Below, piece after piece: positions 8,929-16,783 of a stretch of 24,005 nucleotides of DNA (the stretch's first letter is position 1; every line of letters begins with the position of its first letter). The DNA lies in the IMG/VR virus record IMGVR_UViG_3300038988_000484, positions 1-24,005 of that record; one strand, written 5' to 3'. Both the position numbers and the translations under genes were made by a program. The DNA comes from a virus. Lineage: Duplodnaviria; Caudoviricetes. Under the pieces are notes generated by a model. That model saw only the letters and a program-made list of their open reading frames with translations, did no database searches and was not told the origin of the DNA.

Positions 8929-9191
8929 TCCTCCTCCTCGAGCTTGTTGCCGTTGGAGATGTCCATGGTGGCGTAGTAGACCTGCATGATGTCCGCGCTG
9001 GAGCCCTTGAGGCCGGCGAAGGCCTTCTCGCCGTACAGGTCGCAGAGCATTTTTTTGATGGCCTTGTGGCGCTTCCTGGGATCGTTGAAGTCCTTGAGCG
9101 CCACGTCGATGAAGGCGGCCTGCATGTCCCAGGGCAGGGACTTGAGCTGGAACCGTTTCCCCGACTCCTTGAGCGTGATCTCGTAGGCCAT
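8916..9191 (-). CDS. Tail assembly chaperone (gpG-like, 91 aa)
   Basis: Lies between tail tube and tape measure and ends EEEEKNS over the slippery sequence. Confidence 0.85.
   Translation of the reverse strand: MAYEITLKESGKRFQLKSLPWDMQAAFIDVALKDFNDPRKRHKAIKKMLCDLYGEKAFAGLKGSSADIMQVYYATMDISNGNKLEEEEKNS
8922..8928 (-). other. Programmed -1 ribosomal frameshift site (A AAA AAC)
   Basis: Minus strand reads GAG GAA AAA AAC TCC TAG at the end of the chaperone gene: an X XXY YYZ heptamer at the canonical lambda G/GT position. Confidence 0.85.
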
Positions 9192-9194
9192 GGC

Positions 9195-10598
9195 TCATTC
9201 CTCCCAGGTCTTGATCTCGTTGCGCAGGGTGACCACCACCGAGGACCCGGCCGCGTTCGTGTCCCGGAAGCAGGTGATGGTGTAGGTCTCCTTGACGCCC
9301 TGGGGCCCGTCGATGGGCGGGGTGGCCCGGGACAGCTCGGCCTCGGGAAAGAGCAGGCCCAGGGCGTAGCCGCCGTTGACCATGTCGATGCCCACACTCA
9401 GGCGCGTCTGGAGCAGGGCCTTGTCCGCGTAGTCCGCGTCCTTGAACAGCCCGGTGAGGGTGCCGCCGGACTCCATGGCGCCGCGGGAGATGTCGCCGAG
9501 CTGGCCCGCATCGCCGATGGTGAATTCGCCGGCCTGGTTCAGGTTGAGGGTCAGGGCCAGCTCCGTGAACCGGCCAGGGACCCTGGCCCCGTCCACGCTC
9601 AGGGAGGCGTGGAACTGGCCGAACTTGTGCAGGGGGAAGCGCACGGCGTCCGGGTCCATGAGGGCCTGGGGCGCGCTCTCGCCCGCGCCCAGCTCGGTCA
9701 TGGCGGCGATGATCTCGCCCGAGCCGCCGATGGTCAGCTTGCACTGGTTGGCCTTGACCCCGCTGTTGCGGAACACGGCCGGGATGCTGGGGAACTCCCG
9801 CTCAAAGGCCGCGCTCGGGGTCTGGGCGTTGCTCACCTTGTACACGTGGTCCCAGAAGCGGGCGGTCACGGTCTCGTCCCCGGCCAGGGTCTCGGCAACG
9901 AAGGCGGCCTGGATGACCAGCTCGCCCGCGCCCGTGCCGCGCTTGAGCGTGTACGTGCCGTCATAGTTCGTGGTTCCGTCCACCACGATCTCCGCGCCAA
10001 CGGGCAGGCCGTGTCCGGCGCAGGGCAGGCCCACCAGGCCGCCCCCCTTGTCCGTCACGGCCCCGGCGTCCAGGGTGATCCGCCGGGCCAGGGTGCAGGT
10101 GTCCGTGTCAGCCACGGTCTCGGCCGTGTAGGCGTGGGTGATGACCAGCTCGTCGGCGCTCGTCTCGGGCTGGAGGATGTAGGCCCCGTCGTAGTGCGTG
10201 GTCCCGGAGATGACCACGGGCGCGCCCTTGGCCAGGCCGTGCGCCGGGCACGGGATGCCCACCTTGCCCGACCCCTTGCTGACCACGGCCCCGTTGCCCA
10301 GGGCCCTGGCCGCCACCACGGTGGACACGGGGAGCAGGAACATGTGCCGCAGGTGCAGGCCGAAGGAATGGGCGTCCACGGGCACGTTGATGTCCCCGGC
10401 CACGTTCAGGTTGCCGCGGTCCGGGGCCGTGGCGTCCACATGGCCGGAGAGCACCTTGGACGCGCTCTGTTCCTGCTGCCCGGCCAGTTTGTTGTCCGTG
10501 ACCGGGATGACGTAGCCCTTCACGGTCCCGGGAAGCGTGTTGAAGGACGCCTCAAAGGCCATGTAGGTTCTGGTGAGACTGCCGCTTTCCTGGGGCAT
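9195..10598 (-). CDS. Major tail tube protein with two tandem 76-aa inserted repeats (467 aa)
   Basis: Upstream of the chaperones with a strong RBS (AAGGAGGA). Tube-like N- and C-terminal parts (GNLNVAGDINVP; FPEAELSRATPPIDGPQGV) flank two xHGLxxGxxxVxxGTTxYDGxY repeats. Confidence 0.82.
   Translation of the reverse strand: MPQESGSLTRTYMAFEASFNTLPGTVKGYVIPVTDNKLAGQQEQSASKVLSGHVDATAPDRGNLNVAGDINVPVDAHSFGLHLRHMFLLPVSTVVAARALGNGAVVSKGSGKVGIPCPAHGLAKGAPVVISGTTHYDGAYILQPETSADELVITHAYTAETVADTDTCTLARRITLDAGAVTDKGGGLVGLPCAGHGLPVGAEIVVDGTTNYDGTYTLKRGTGAGELVIQAAFVAETLAGDETVTARFWDHVYKVSNAQTPSAAFEREFPSIPAVFRNSGVKANQCKLTIGGSGEIIAAMTELGAGESAPQALMDPDAVRFPLHKFGQFHASLSVDGARVPGRFTELALTLNLNQAGEFTIGDAGQLGDISRGAMESGGTLTGLFKDADYADKALLQTRLSVGIDMVNGGYALGLLFPEAELSRATPPIDGPQGVKETYTITCFRDTNAAGSSVVVTLRNEIKTWEE
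9855..10305 (-). repeat. Tandem intragenic duplication, 228-nt (76-aa) period
   Basis: GAVVSKGSGKVGIPCPAHGLAKGAPVVISGTTHYDGAY...ELVI...AET versus GAVTDKGGGLVGLPCAGHGLPVGAEIVVDGTTNYDGTY...ELVI...AET. The GAV codons are at 10284-10292 and 10056-10064. Confidence 0.9.
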
Positions 10599-10608
10599 GG
10601 GTTCCTCC

Positions 10609-11082
10609 TTAGAAGCCGCCGATGGTGTTCTCGGCGGTCACGGTGTAAAAGACGTGCCTCTCGAAATAGTGCTCGCCCGGCTGGGCGGTCTCGGACTCCC
10701 AGAACGCCGGGCAAAAGGCGCTGTCCAGCAGGGCCTGGCGCACAAAGGCCTCGAACAGCGCGGCGCTCCGGTAGCCCCGGAACACCCGGCCGCGCTCGCC
10801 CACCGTCTCCAGCTCCTTGTCCACCAGGCCCAGGGCCACAACGAGCCGGTATTCGATGCGCTCGCCCTGGTTCCTGTCCAGGTCCGGGCCGTCCCGGGTG
10901 GACATGGGCGCGATGACCACGAAGGGGGCCTTGGGCTGCCCGGTGTGGTCAAAGGCGTCGAAGCCGAGGAACACGGCCGGTTCAGCCCCGAAGCGCTCCT
11001 GGCAGAAGGCGTTGAGCGCCACGCAGGACAGCAGGGCCTCAAGCCAGGCCTCGGCCACGGTCTGGGCGTCGTTCCGTCTCAT
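10609..11082 (-). CDS. Putative tail terminator / tail completion protein (157 aa)
   Basis: Size and position directly upstream of the tail tube, ATGA overlap, PFVVI motif. Function assigned by synteny. Confidence 0.6.
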   Translation of the reverse strand: MRRNDAQTVAEAWLEALLSCVALNAFCQERFGAEPAVFLGFDAFDHTGQPKAPFVVIAPMSTRDGPDLDRNQGERIEYRLVVALGLVDKELETVGERGRVFRGYRSAALFEAFVRQALLDSAFCPAFWESETAQPGEHYFERHVFYTVTAENTIGGF

Positions 11083-11714
11083 GCGGCCAGCCTCCTCTCG
11101 CGCAGGTACTTCTGGATCCGGGCCTCGATGCGCGCGCCGATCCTGGGCTCCACCGCGCTGTAAACCGGCCGGATCAGGGGCCGGGCCGGGGACACGATCT
11201 CGGACTTGCCGAGCCGGTATCCGGCCCGGATGAACCGGCGGCGCATGCGGGGCGTGACCCTGGTCCGAAACCCGGCCTGGAGCATGCCGCCCAGGCGGGC
11301 CGCGGCCTTGGACAGCCAGCCGATGCTCACCTGGAATTTCTCCTTTTCGCGCACATAGCCCACGGCCTGCACCAGGGCCCCGAAGGGCCGGCCCTGGAAC
11401 GGGTTGGCGGCCATGGACCAGCCGCCGGCCTTGTCGCGCCTGGAAAAGGAGATGTCCTCCACAGACGGCCAGTGGGCATAGGGGCGGCCCTCGTGGTTCA
11501 GGGCGCCGCGGATCACGGCCCGCACCCAGTAGCCCACCGAGCCCAGGGCCCGGTTGAGGTCGTTCGGGAACTCGCGGAGCAGGGCGGCCAGCATGTGCAC
11601 GGACGAGTCCGTGACCTGGAACCGCGTGCCGAACGCGGTCTTGTCCAGGACAACGGGGTAGGCCCTGCCCCTGGAGGTCCGGATGCGGCCGATGACGCTG
11701 AAATCCGCGGCCAT
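11079..11714 (-). CDS. Putative neck / tail completion protein (gpZ-like, basic, 211 aa)
   Basis: Start moved to ATG 11714 (MAADFSVIGR), overlapping the upstream stop. Arg-rich, with a PARPLIRP motif typical of virion morphogenesis proteins. Confidence 0.65.
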   Translation of the reverse strand: MAADFSVIGRIRTSRGRAYPVVLDKTAFGTRFQVTDSSVHMLAALLREFPNDLNRALGSVGYWVRAVIRGALNHEGRPYAHWPSVEDISFSRRDKAGGWSMAANPFQGRPFGALVQAVGYVREKEKFQVSIGWLSKAAARLGGMLQAGFRTRVTPRMRRRFIRAGYRLGKSEIVSPARPLIRPVYSAVEPRIGARIEARIQKYLRERRLAA

Positions 11715-12082
11715 CAGTACTTGCCTCGCTGTTCGCACACGGCCATGCAGACCCACCACATGGGCCCGGCCGAACCGTAGGCCGCGGGCTCGGGCGCGCA
11801 GGTCCGGATCGTGTAGTCGCGTTCCTGCCAGGAGATCACGTCGCCCTGCAGGGGCCGCAGGCGCATGCCGTCCTGCAGGGGCAGGTCGGCCGGGCGGATG
11901 CGGAAGGCCGCGTGCCGGGCCTGGCCGCGGAACGCCTCGGACGGCCAGCTGGAAGGCGGATAGCCCAGGCCGTAGTCGGAAATCGCGGCGGACAGGCTCA
12001 CGTCGTCCAGTCCCTGGCGCCGGAAAACGATGTCCTGGCCCACGCCGGCCAGGATGGAGGCGGCGGCGTTGGCCAGGCTCAC
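11714..12082 (-). CDS. Putative head-tail joining / head closure protein (gpFII-like, 122 aa)
   Basis: PLQGDVISWQERDYTI motif, size, and position before the neck genes. Confidence 0.6.
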   Translation of the reverse strand: MSLANAAASILAGVGQDIVFRRQGLDDVSLSAAISDYGLGYPPSSWPSEAFRGQARHAAFRIRPADLPLQDGMRLRPLQGDVISWQERDYTIRTCAPEPAAYGSAGPMWWVCMAVCEQRGKY

Positions 12083-12387
12083 TGGCCACCCCGCATGGTG
12101 GCGTAGAGGATCGCGCCGGTGATCAGCGCCGTGACAATGTGCTTGATGACCTCGGCCACAAGGACCTTTCCCCCGTGCCGGAGGGACTCGCGCGCGGAGC
12201 GCGTGAACTTGTGGTCCTCGTAAAAGTTGCTCAGGCCCACATCGGACAGGGCCTTGTGGTGATCCCGGTGCTGGAGCGGCTCCAGCTCGCAGGTGCCGCA
12301 GCAGCGGCAGGAGCGGTCCTCCCCGCGCTGGTCCAGGGCCTCGTGCACGGCCGCGGAGACCGCCTGCCTGAGTTCTTCGGCCGTCAC
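12079..12387 (-). CDS. Small membrane-anchored protein in the lysis cassette, Cys/His-rich (102 aa)
   Basis: GTG at 12387 overlaps the holin stop and has an upstream GAGG. Sequence MTAEELRQAV...CRCCGTC...HRDHH... with a C-terminal hydrophobic helix (IVTALITGAILYA). Confidence 0.65.
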   Translation of the reverse strand: MTAEELRQAVSAAVHEALDQRGEDRSCRCCGTCELEPLQHRDHHKALSDVGLSNFYEDHKFTRSARESLRHGGKVLVAEVIKHIVTALITGAILYATMRGGQ

Positions 12388-12845
12388 CGCGCCACCCCCT
12401 CTTTCTTTTCCCAGCTCCGCGTGACAGCCAGCCCGAGCATGCCGAGGATGAGCTCCATGATCGTGCCCGACAGCTCCACGGGATAGGCGGGCAGGACCAC
12501 GGCCTGGACGTCCGGGGCCTGGGCCATGATGGCGATGCACTGCCAGGACCAGAGCACCGCGCCCAGGACGTGCCTGGGCAGGTAGTAGGAGGCCAGGGAG
12601 AGCCCGCCGATCCAGCCCAGGAAGGGCCGCCACCCGGCCACGAACACGGACCTGTGCGCGGCCTCGGCCAGGTTCGTCATGATCTGCATGACGTAGGGCT
12701 TCTGCCGCAGCTCCTCGATCTCCGCCTGGGCCTTGGCCCGCTCCTCGTCCGAGGTGAACAGCTTGTCGGCAGCCGTGCCGATGGCGTCCACCACGTCGGA
12801 GGCCCCGCCCGTGAAGATGTTGCCGATGACGGATAGGAGGCCCAT
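12384..12845 (-). CDS. Holin, 3TM (GTA-holin-like) family (153 aa)
   Basis: DKLFTSDEER, EAAHRSVFVAGWRPFLGW and GMLGL...RSWEK motifs; hydrophobic segments; near the endolysin. Confidence 0.85.
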   Translation of the reverse strand: MGLLSVIGNIFTGGASDVVDAIGTAADKLFTSDEERAKAQAEIEELRQKPYVMQIMTNLAEAAHRSVFVAGWRPFLGWIGGLSLASYYLPRHVLGAVLWSWQCIAIMAQAPDVQAVVLPAYPVELSGTIMELILGMLGLAVTRSWEKKEGVAR

Positions 12846-12857
12846 CCTAACCCTCCG

Positions 12858-13052
12858 CTAGCGCAGGAAGACCCAGGCCGCCGCGCCCAGGACGAAGAGC
12901 AGGGCCGCGCCCGCGCCGGTCACGGTCCCGAACCAGAATTTGCCGAAGAACAGCCAGCCGCACAGGCCGCCGAGGCCGGAACAGACGAGCGCCACGGCCG
13001 CCAGGGCCAGGGCGAAGGCCGGAACCAGGGCGTTGCCGAAGCCCGCGTCCAT
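12858..13052 (-). CDS. Small two-TM membrane protein in the lysis cassette (64 aa; track start at 13067 also possible)
   Basis: RBS GGGAGGG 6 nt before ATG 13052. Almost entirely hydrophobic, with two predicted helices. Confidence 0.65.
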   Translation of the reverse strand: MDAGFGNALVPAFALALAAVALVCSGLGGLCGWLFFGKFWFGTVTGAGAALLFVLGAAAWVFLR

Positions 13053-13054
13053 GT

Positions 13055-13549
13055 TCAGCCCTCCCATTTTCCCGTGGTCATCTGCCGGGCCAGGCGCTGG
13101 GCCCGCGCCCCCACCTGTCCGGCCCAGAGCGAGTCCAGCATCTCGGCCCCGGCGCGGGCGTAATCGCCTTCGCGCATGGCCTCCAGGGCCTTGCGGAACG
13201 CACCCACCGTGCCCGCGCCCATGTTGAAGACCATGTCCCAGAGCACGGCCTGGCGCGGCAGGTCCAGGTGCGCGGCCCAGGGCCAGCGCCGGAGCATGTC
13301 CGCGCGCGCGTCCAGGCAGTCGGTGACGAAAAGGCGGTCCGCCTGCTCCCGGGTGATGGTCACGCCCACCCGGCAGGGTATGCCGGGCACGGGCCTGGCC
13401 TCCAGGTTGTGGCCCCAGCCGATGGTCACGTGCCCGGCGGGGCAGCGGTAGGACGTGAGGCGCAGGCCCTCGGACCTGGTGATCTGGTCCACCAGTTCGG
13501 CCGGGACGCCTTCGGCTTCTGCCCGGGCGTACAGATCGGTCTTGTCCAT
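13055..13549 (-). CDS. Endolysin, T4-type lysozyme (GH24) (164 aa)
   Basis: EGLRLTSYRCPAGHVTIGWGH catalytic motif (E-x8-C-x5-T), plus DMVFNMG and EMLDSLWAGQVGARA motifs. Confidence 0.93.
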   Translation of the reverse strand: MDKTDLYARAEAEGVPAELVDQITRSEGLRLTSYRCPAGHVTIGWGHNLEARPVPGIPCRVGVTITREQADRLFVTDCLDARADMLRRWPWAAHLDLPRQAVLWDMVFNMGAGTVGAFRKALEAMREGDYARAGAEMLDSLWAGQVGARAQRLARQMTTGKWEG

Positions 13550-13571
13550 GCGCGGCCGTCCTTTTGGTTTG

Positions 13572-13634
13572 CTCCTCCCCCCGGGCGGGGCGTCCGGGTG
13601 CCGCGCCCGGACGCCCCAGGGGTGTGGGGAGGAG
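13572..13634. other. Long GC-rich stem-loop between the head genes and the lysis cassette
   Basis: Inner perfect 12-bp stem GGGGCGTCCGGG (13587-13598) / CCCGGACGCCCC (13606-13617) and outer 9-bp stem CTCCTCCCC (13572-13580) / GGGGAGGAG (13626-13634). No following U-tract on the minus strand. Confidence 0.75.
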
Positions 13635-13643
13635 GGGGAAGGA

Positions 13644-13928
13644 TCACTGTTCGCCGGTGGCCTGCTTCAGGGCCTCGAGCTCGTCCTTGAGGGCCTTGTT
13701 CTCGGCCTCCAGGTCCGCGGCGCGCTTTTCCAGGGCCTCGATGCGGGCCTGGGAGTCGGGGGGCAGGGCCGGGGCCTCGCCCGGGGCCAGGTCGCCGCGC
13801 ACGATGGTGACGCGCTGGCCGTCCAGGCTCCTGAGCCGGTGCTTGCCGTCGGCCGGGCCGTCGTAGAGCCAGGTCTCGTTGCCGTGGCTCACGTAGTCGC
13901 CGGGCCTGGGCTGTTTCTTGGCAGCCAT
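13644..13928 (-). CDS. Hypothetical protein after the major capsid gene, C-terminal coiled coil (94 aa)
   Basis: Upstream GAGG; heptad-like RIEALEKRAADLEAENKALKDELEALK. Confidence 0.75.
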   Translation of the reverse strand: MAAKKQPRPGDYVSHGNETWLYDGPADGKHRLRSLDGQRVTIVRGDLAPGEAPALPPDSQARIEALEKRAADLEAENKALKDELEALKQATGEQ

Positions 13929-13955
13929 GTTCGCCTCGCTTCGGGTTTTCCGGCC

Positions 13956-14966
13956 CTAGTCGGACACGGTGTCGTAGAACAGGTAGCCGGCGTCCTTGCA
14001 GGTGATCTTGTGGTCGTAGGACTCGGCGGCCTCGATGACCCACTGCTTGGGGCTGGACTCCCACCACTTGCGCACCAGGCGGTCGTTCTCCACCTCCACG
14101 AGCATGTCCGGGAGCACGTCGGCGGACAGGATCTCGTTGAAGGTGTACCCGGCGCTGGGCACCTCGATGCCTTCCTCGCCGGCCGGGGGCCGGTAGTAGA
14201 GCAGGCAGGAGCCCTTGCCGGAGTTGACCTCCCAGGGGCTGACCGCGGTGAAGTCGGTGCCGTCGGCCTTTTCCTCGGCCGTGGAGGAGATGGACTCGGC
14301 CACGATGACCTCGTCCAGCTCGAACAGGGCGGCGAGCATGGCCGGGGTCACGTCGGCCGGGCGGCCCTGGGTGCCGGTGTACTTGATCTTGTCCAGGAGG
14401 CTCGCGACCTCCTTGAGGTTGCGCATGGTCCTGGGGTCCAGGACCAGGACGTTGGGGGCCACGCCGATGAGGTTGCGCACGGTCTCCTTGGCGTCCAGCA
14501 CGTCGGAATAGAAGGTGTTGGTCCCGGCCGTGGCGGCCCAGCTCCCGTGCACGTCCTCGGACGTGGTCCAGGCGCTGGCCTTGATGATGTTCGCGGCCAG
14601 GTCCAGGTCCTTGCGCAGGAGCACGGCGTTGGTGGCCATTTTGGTGCCGGTCTCCATGGGCTTGAGCGGGTTGTCGGCCCGGCGGATGGTCTCCACGGGC
14701 ACCGGATGGGCCAGGGCCACCTCGGCGCAGGAATACCGCTCCCTGGCCACGGCGTAGCCGGAGCGCGGGGCGTTGACGCCCGGGCCGCGGCGCCCGGCCT
14801 GGTTGCGGAAGAACGCGCCCTTGAGGAAGGTGAAGTAGTAGTCGCTGGACTTGGCCACGCGGATCTTGGGGAAGATCCGGTCCGCGACGTATTTCTGGGG
14901 CTTGTGCATGATGCTCACGTTGGTGAGCGCGGCATCGATGTGCACTTCCTTGGAGGTCGGCTGCAT
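13956..14966 (-). CDS. Major capsid protein (336 aa)
   Basis: Start moved to ATG 14966 (MQPTSKEVHIDAALTNVSI) with RBS GAGGAG. Motifs YVADRIFP, IGVAPNVLVL, PSAGYTF and AGYLFYD; follows the protease and cement genes. Confidence 0.9.
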   Translation of the reverse strand: MQPTSKEVHIDAALTNVSIMHKPQKYVADRIFPKIRVAKSSDYYFTFLKGAFFRNQAGRRGPGVNAPRSGYAVARERYSCAEVALAHPVPVETIRRADNPLKPMETGTKMATNAVLLRKDLDLAANIIKASAWTTSEDVHGSWAATAGTNTFYSDVLDAKETVRNLIGVAPNVLVLDPRTMRNLKEVASLLDKIKYTGTQGRPADVTPAMLAALFELDEVIVAESISSTAEEKADGTDFTAVSPWEVNSGKGSCLLYYRPPAGEEGIEVPSAGYTFNEILSADVLPDMLVEVENDRLVRKWWESSPKQWVIEAAESYDHKITCKDAGYLFYDTVSD

Positions 14967-15013
14967 GGCTGTTGTCTCCTCGTTGTGGTTCAGGGGGCCG
15001 GTTCGGAAGCGGA

Positions 15014-15412
15014 TCAGGCCCCGCCGTAGTACTTGCCGTCGGTGAGCAGCACGCTGGCCAGGTTGTCCTCGGCCGTGGCCGCCAGGAGCACCCGGGCGCG
15101 GACATTGGCCCCGCCCGTGGTGGTGACGATGCCCTTGCCGTTGTCCGAGGCCCCGATGTACTCGGCGGCCACGCAGGCCCCGCGGGTCAGGCCGCCCGCG
15201 CCGGCCGCGAGCTTGGACACGCCGGACACGCGGACCACGGCGGTCTCGCCCTGGGCCGGGGCGTTCTGGAGAATGCCCGCGGGCCACTCCGAGCCGGAGT
15301 CGAGCATGCGCACCGAGCCGTCGTCCTGCAGGGTGACGAAGCGGTGCTGCATGGCGCTCAGATCCTCAAAGGCCGTGAAGCCGAGATCGAGACCCTTGTT
15401 TTCGTAAGCCAT
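15014..15412 (-). CDS. Capsid cement / head decoration protein (DUF2190-like, 132 aa)
   Basis: RBS AAGGAGG; GILQNAP...AVVRVSGVSKLAAG motif; lies between protease and capsid genes. Confidence 0.8.
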   Translation of the reverse strand: MAYENKGLDLGFTAFEDLSAMQHRFVTLQDDGSVRMLDSGSEWPAGILQNAPAQGETAVVRVSGVSKLAAGAGGLTRGACVAAEYIGASDNGKGIVTTTGGANVRARVLLAATAEDNLASVLLTDGKYYGGA

Positions 15413-15439
15413 GACGGATGCCTCCTTGTGTTCCGCCGG

Positions 15440-15946
15440 TCAGGCCGGGATGAGGGACGAGCGCAGGCTCTCCCGCAGCTTGGGGTCGCCCGCCAGGACC
15501 TGCCGCTGGGCCTGGTCCACGCTGATGCCCTTTTCCTCGGCCAGCTTTCTGGCCTTGCTGGCCAGGATCTGATCCGCGGTCAGGCCGGACTCGGCGCCCT
15601 GGTCCGGCTCCTGGTGGCCCGGGCTCGCCGGAGCCGACTGCCTGAGTTCCTCCAGGCCCTGGCCGCGCCTGGCCTTCTCGGCCTGGAAGAACCGCATGCC
15701 CATCTCGGCCACGGCCGTACCGTCCTTGATCCCGGCCAGGGTCAGCTCGCGGTCGCCGTCGGCCTCCAGGATGCCGAGCACACGCTCGCGTTCGGCCGCC
15801 ACGCCGTCCTTCACGCCCTGGGCCCTGGCCTGGTCCTGGATCATCTGCACCAGGTCGGGCCGCCGGGCCTGGAGCTCCTCCGCCGTGAGGCTCCTCAAAT
15901 CCTGGCCGCCGCCGTTTTCGGCCCCGGCCGCCAACGTTCCGGACAT
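15440..15946 (-). CDS. Putative nested scaffolding protein (lambda Nu3-like internal start, 168 aa)
   Basis: In-frame ATG at 15946 preceded by GGAGGG-ACGT, exactly at the end of the protease domain. Confidence 0.6.
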   Translation of the reverse strand: MSGTLAAGAENGGGQDLRSLTAEELQARRPDLVQMIQDQARAQGVKDGVAAERERVLGILEADGDRELTLAGIKDGTAVAEMGMRFFQAEKARRGQGLEELRQSAPASPGHQEPDQGAESGLTADQILASKARKLAEEKGISVDQAQRQVLAGDPKLRESLRSSLIPA

Positions 15947-16783
15947 ACGTCCCTCCGTGTCGGTTGCGAGTTGCCCGGCAAGGGCCAAGGCGAACTCAAG
16001 GTCCCCGATATGGTCCACAAGCCCGGCCTCCCGGGCCTGCTCGCCGATGAAGATGCGGCCGTCGGCCATGCGCTCCAGGACCTCCTGGGCGGTCACGCCG
16101 CGGTTCTGGGCCACGCCCTGGATGAACAGCGAATAGTAGTAGTCGCTCTGGGCCTGGAGATAGGCCGCGCCCTCCTCGGAGAGCGGCTTGTTATCCGAGG
16201 CGATGGTCTTGTAGCGGCCCGAGGACAGGTAGGTGCGTTTGACGCCCTGCATTTCGTCGGCCGCGGACAGGTCCACGTGCAGGGTCCAGACGCCGATGGA
16301 GCCCACCTGGGCCGTGGGCATGGCCACCACCCTGGAGGCCGCGGAACAGGCCCAGTAGGCGCCGGAGAGCATGACCTCTCCGGTGAAGGCCACCACGGGC
16401 TTGGCCGCGGCCGCGTCCCGGACCGCGTTGCTCACGTCCAGGGGCCCGTGCACGCTGCCGCCCGGGGAGTCCACGTCCAGGAGGATGGCCCGCACCGAGG
16501 GGTCGGCCGCGGCCTTGGCCACGGCCTTGCGCAACAGGTCCGTGCTCACCCCGCCGGAGATCTGCATGAACAGGTTCATGCGCCGGTCCATGAGGCCGTA
16601 GACCGGGATCACGGCCACGCCGTCGCGCACGCTGTAGTCCGCCCTGGGGGCCTTGTTCTCGAAGCCGCCCTCCAGGCGGAAGCCCCCGGCATGGGCCGCC
16701 AGCACCGCGGAAACCTCTTCGAGCTTGCCGGGGTGCAGGGCCCAGGGCCTGCGCAGGGCGGCGTCAAACGCGGTCTTTTTCAT
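15440..16783 (-). CDS. Prohead protease, S49/SppA family (lambda gpC-like), with C-terminal scaffold region (447 aa)
   Basis: Start moved to ATG 16783 (MKKTAF). Motifs LLDVDSPGG, SGAYW, VGSIGV, SGRYK and AREAGLVD; charged helical tail with AAERERVLGIL. Confidence 0.93.
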   Translation of the reverse strand: MKKTAFDAALRRPWALHPGKLEEVSAVLAAHAGGFRLEGGFENKAPRADYSVRDGVAVIPVYGLMDRRMNLFMQISGGVSTDLLRKAVAKAAADPSVRAILLDVDSPGGSVHGPLDVSNAVRDAAAAKPVVAFTGEVMLSGAYWACSAASRVVAMPTAQVGSIGVWTLHVDLSAADEMQGVKRTYLSSGRYKTIASDNKPLSEEGAAYLQAQSDYYYSLFIQGVAQNRGVTAQEVLERMADGRIFIGEQAREAGLVDHIGDLEFALALAGQLATDTEGRMSGTLAAGAENGGGQDLRSLTAEELQARRPDLVQMIQDQARAQGVKDGVAAERERVLGILEADGDRELTLAGIKDGTAVAEMGMRFFQAEKARRGQGLEELRQSAPASPGHQEPDQGAESGLTADQILASKARKLAEEKGISVDQAQRQVLAGDPKLRESLRSSLIPA

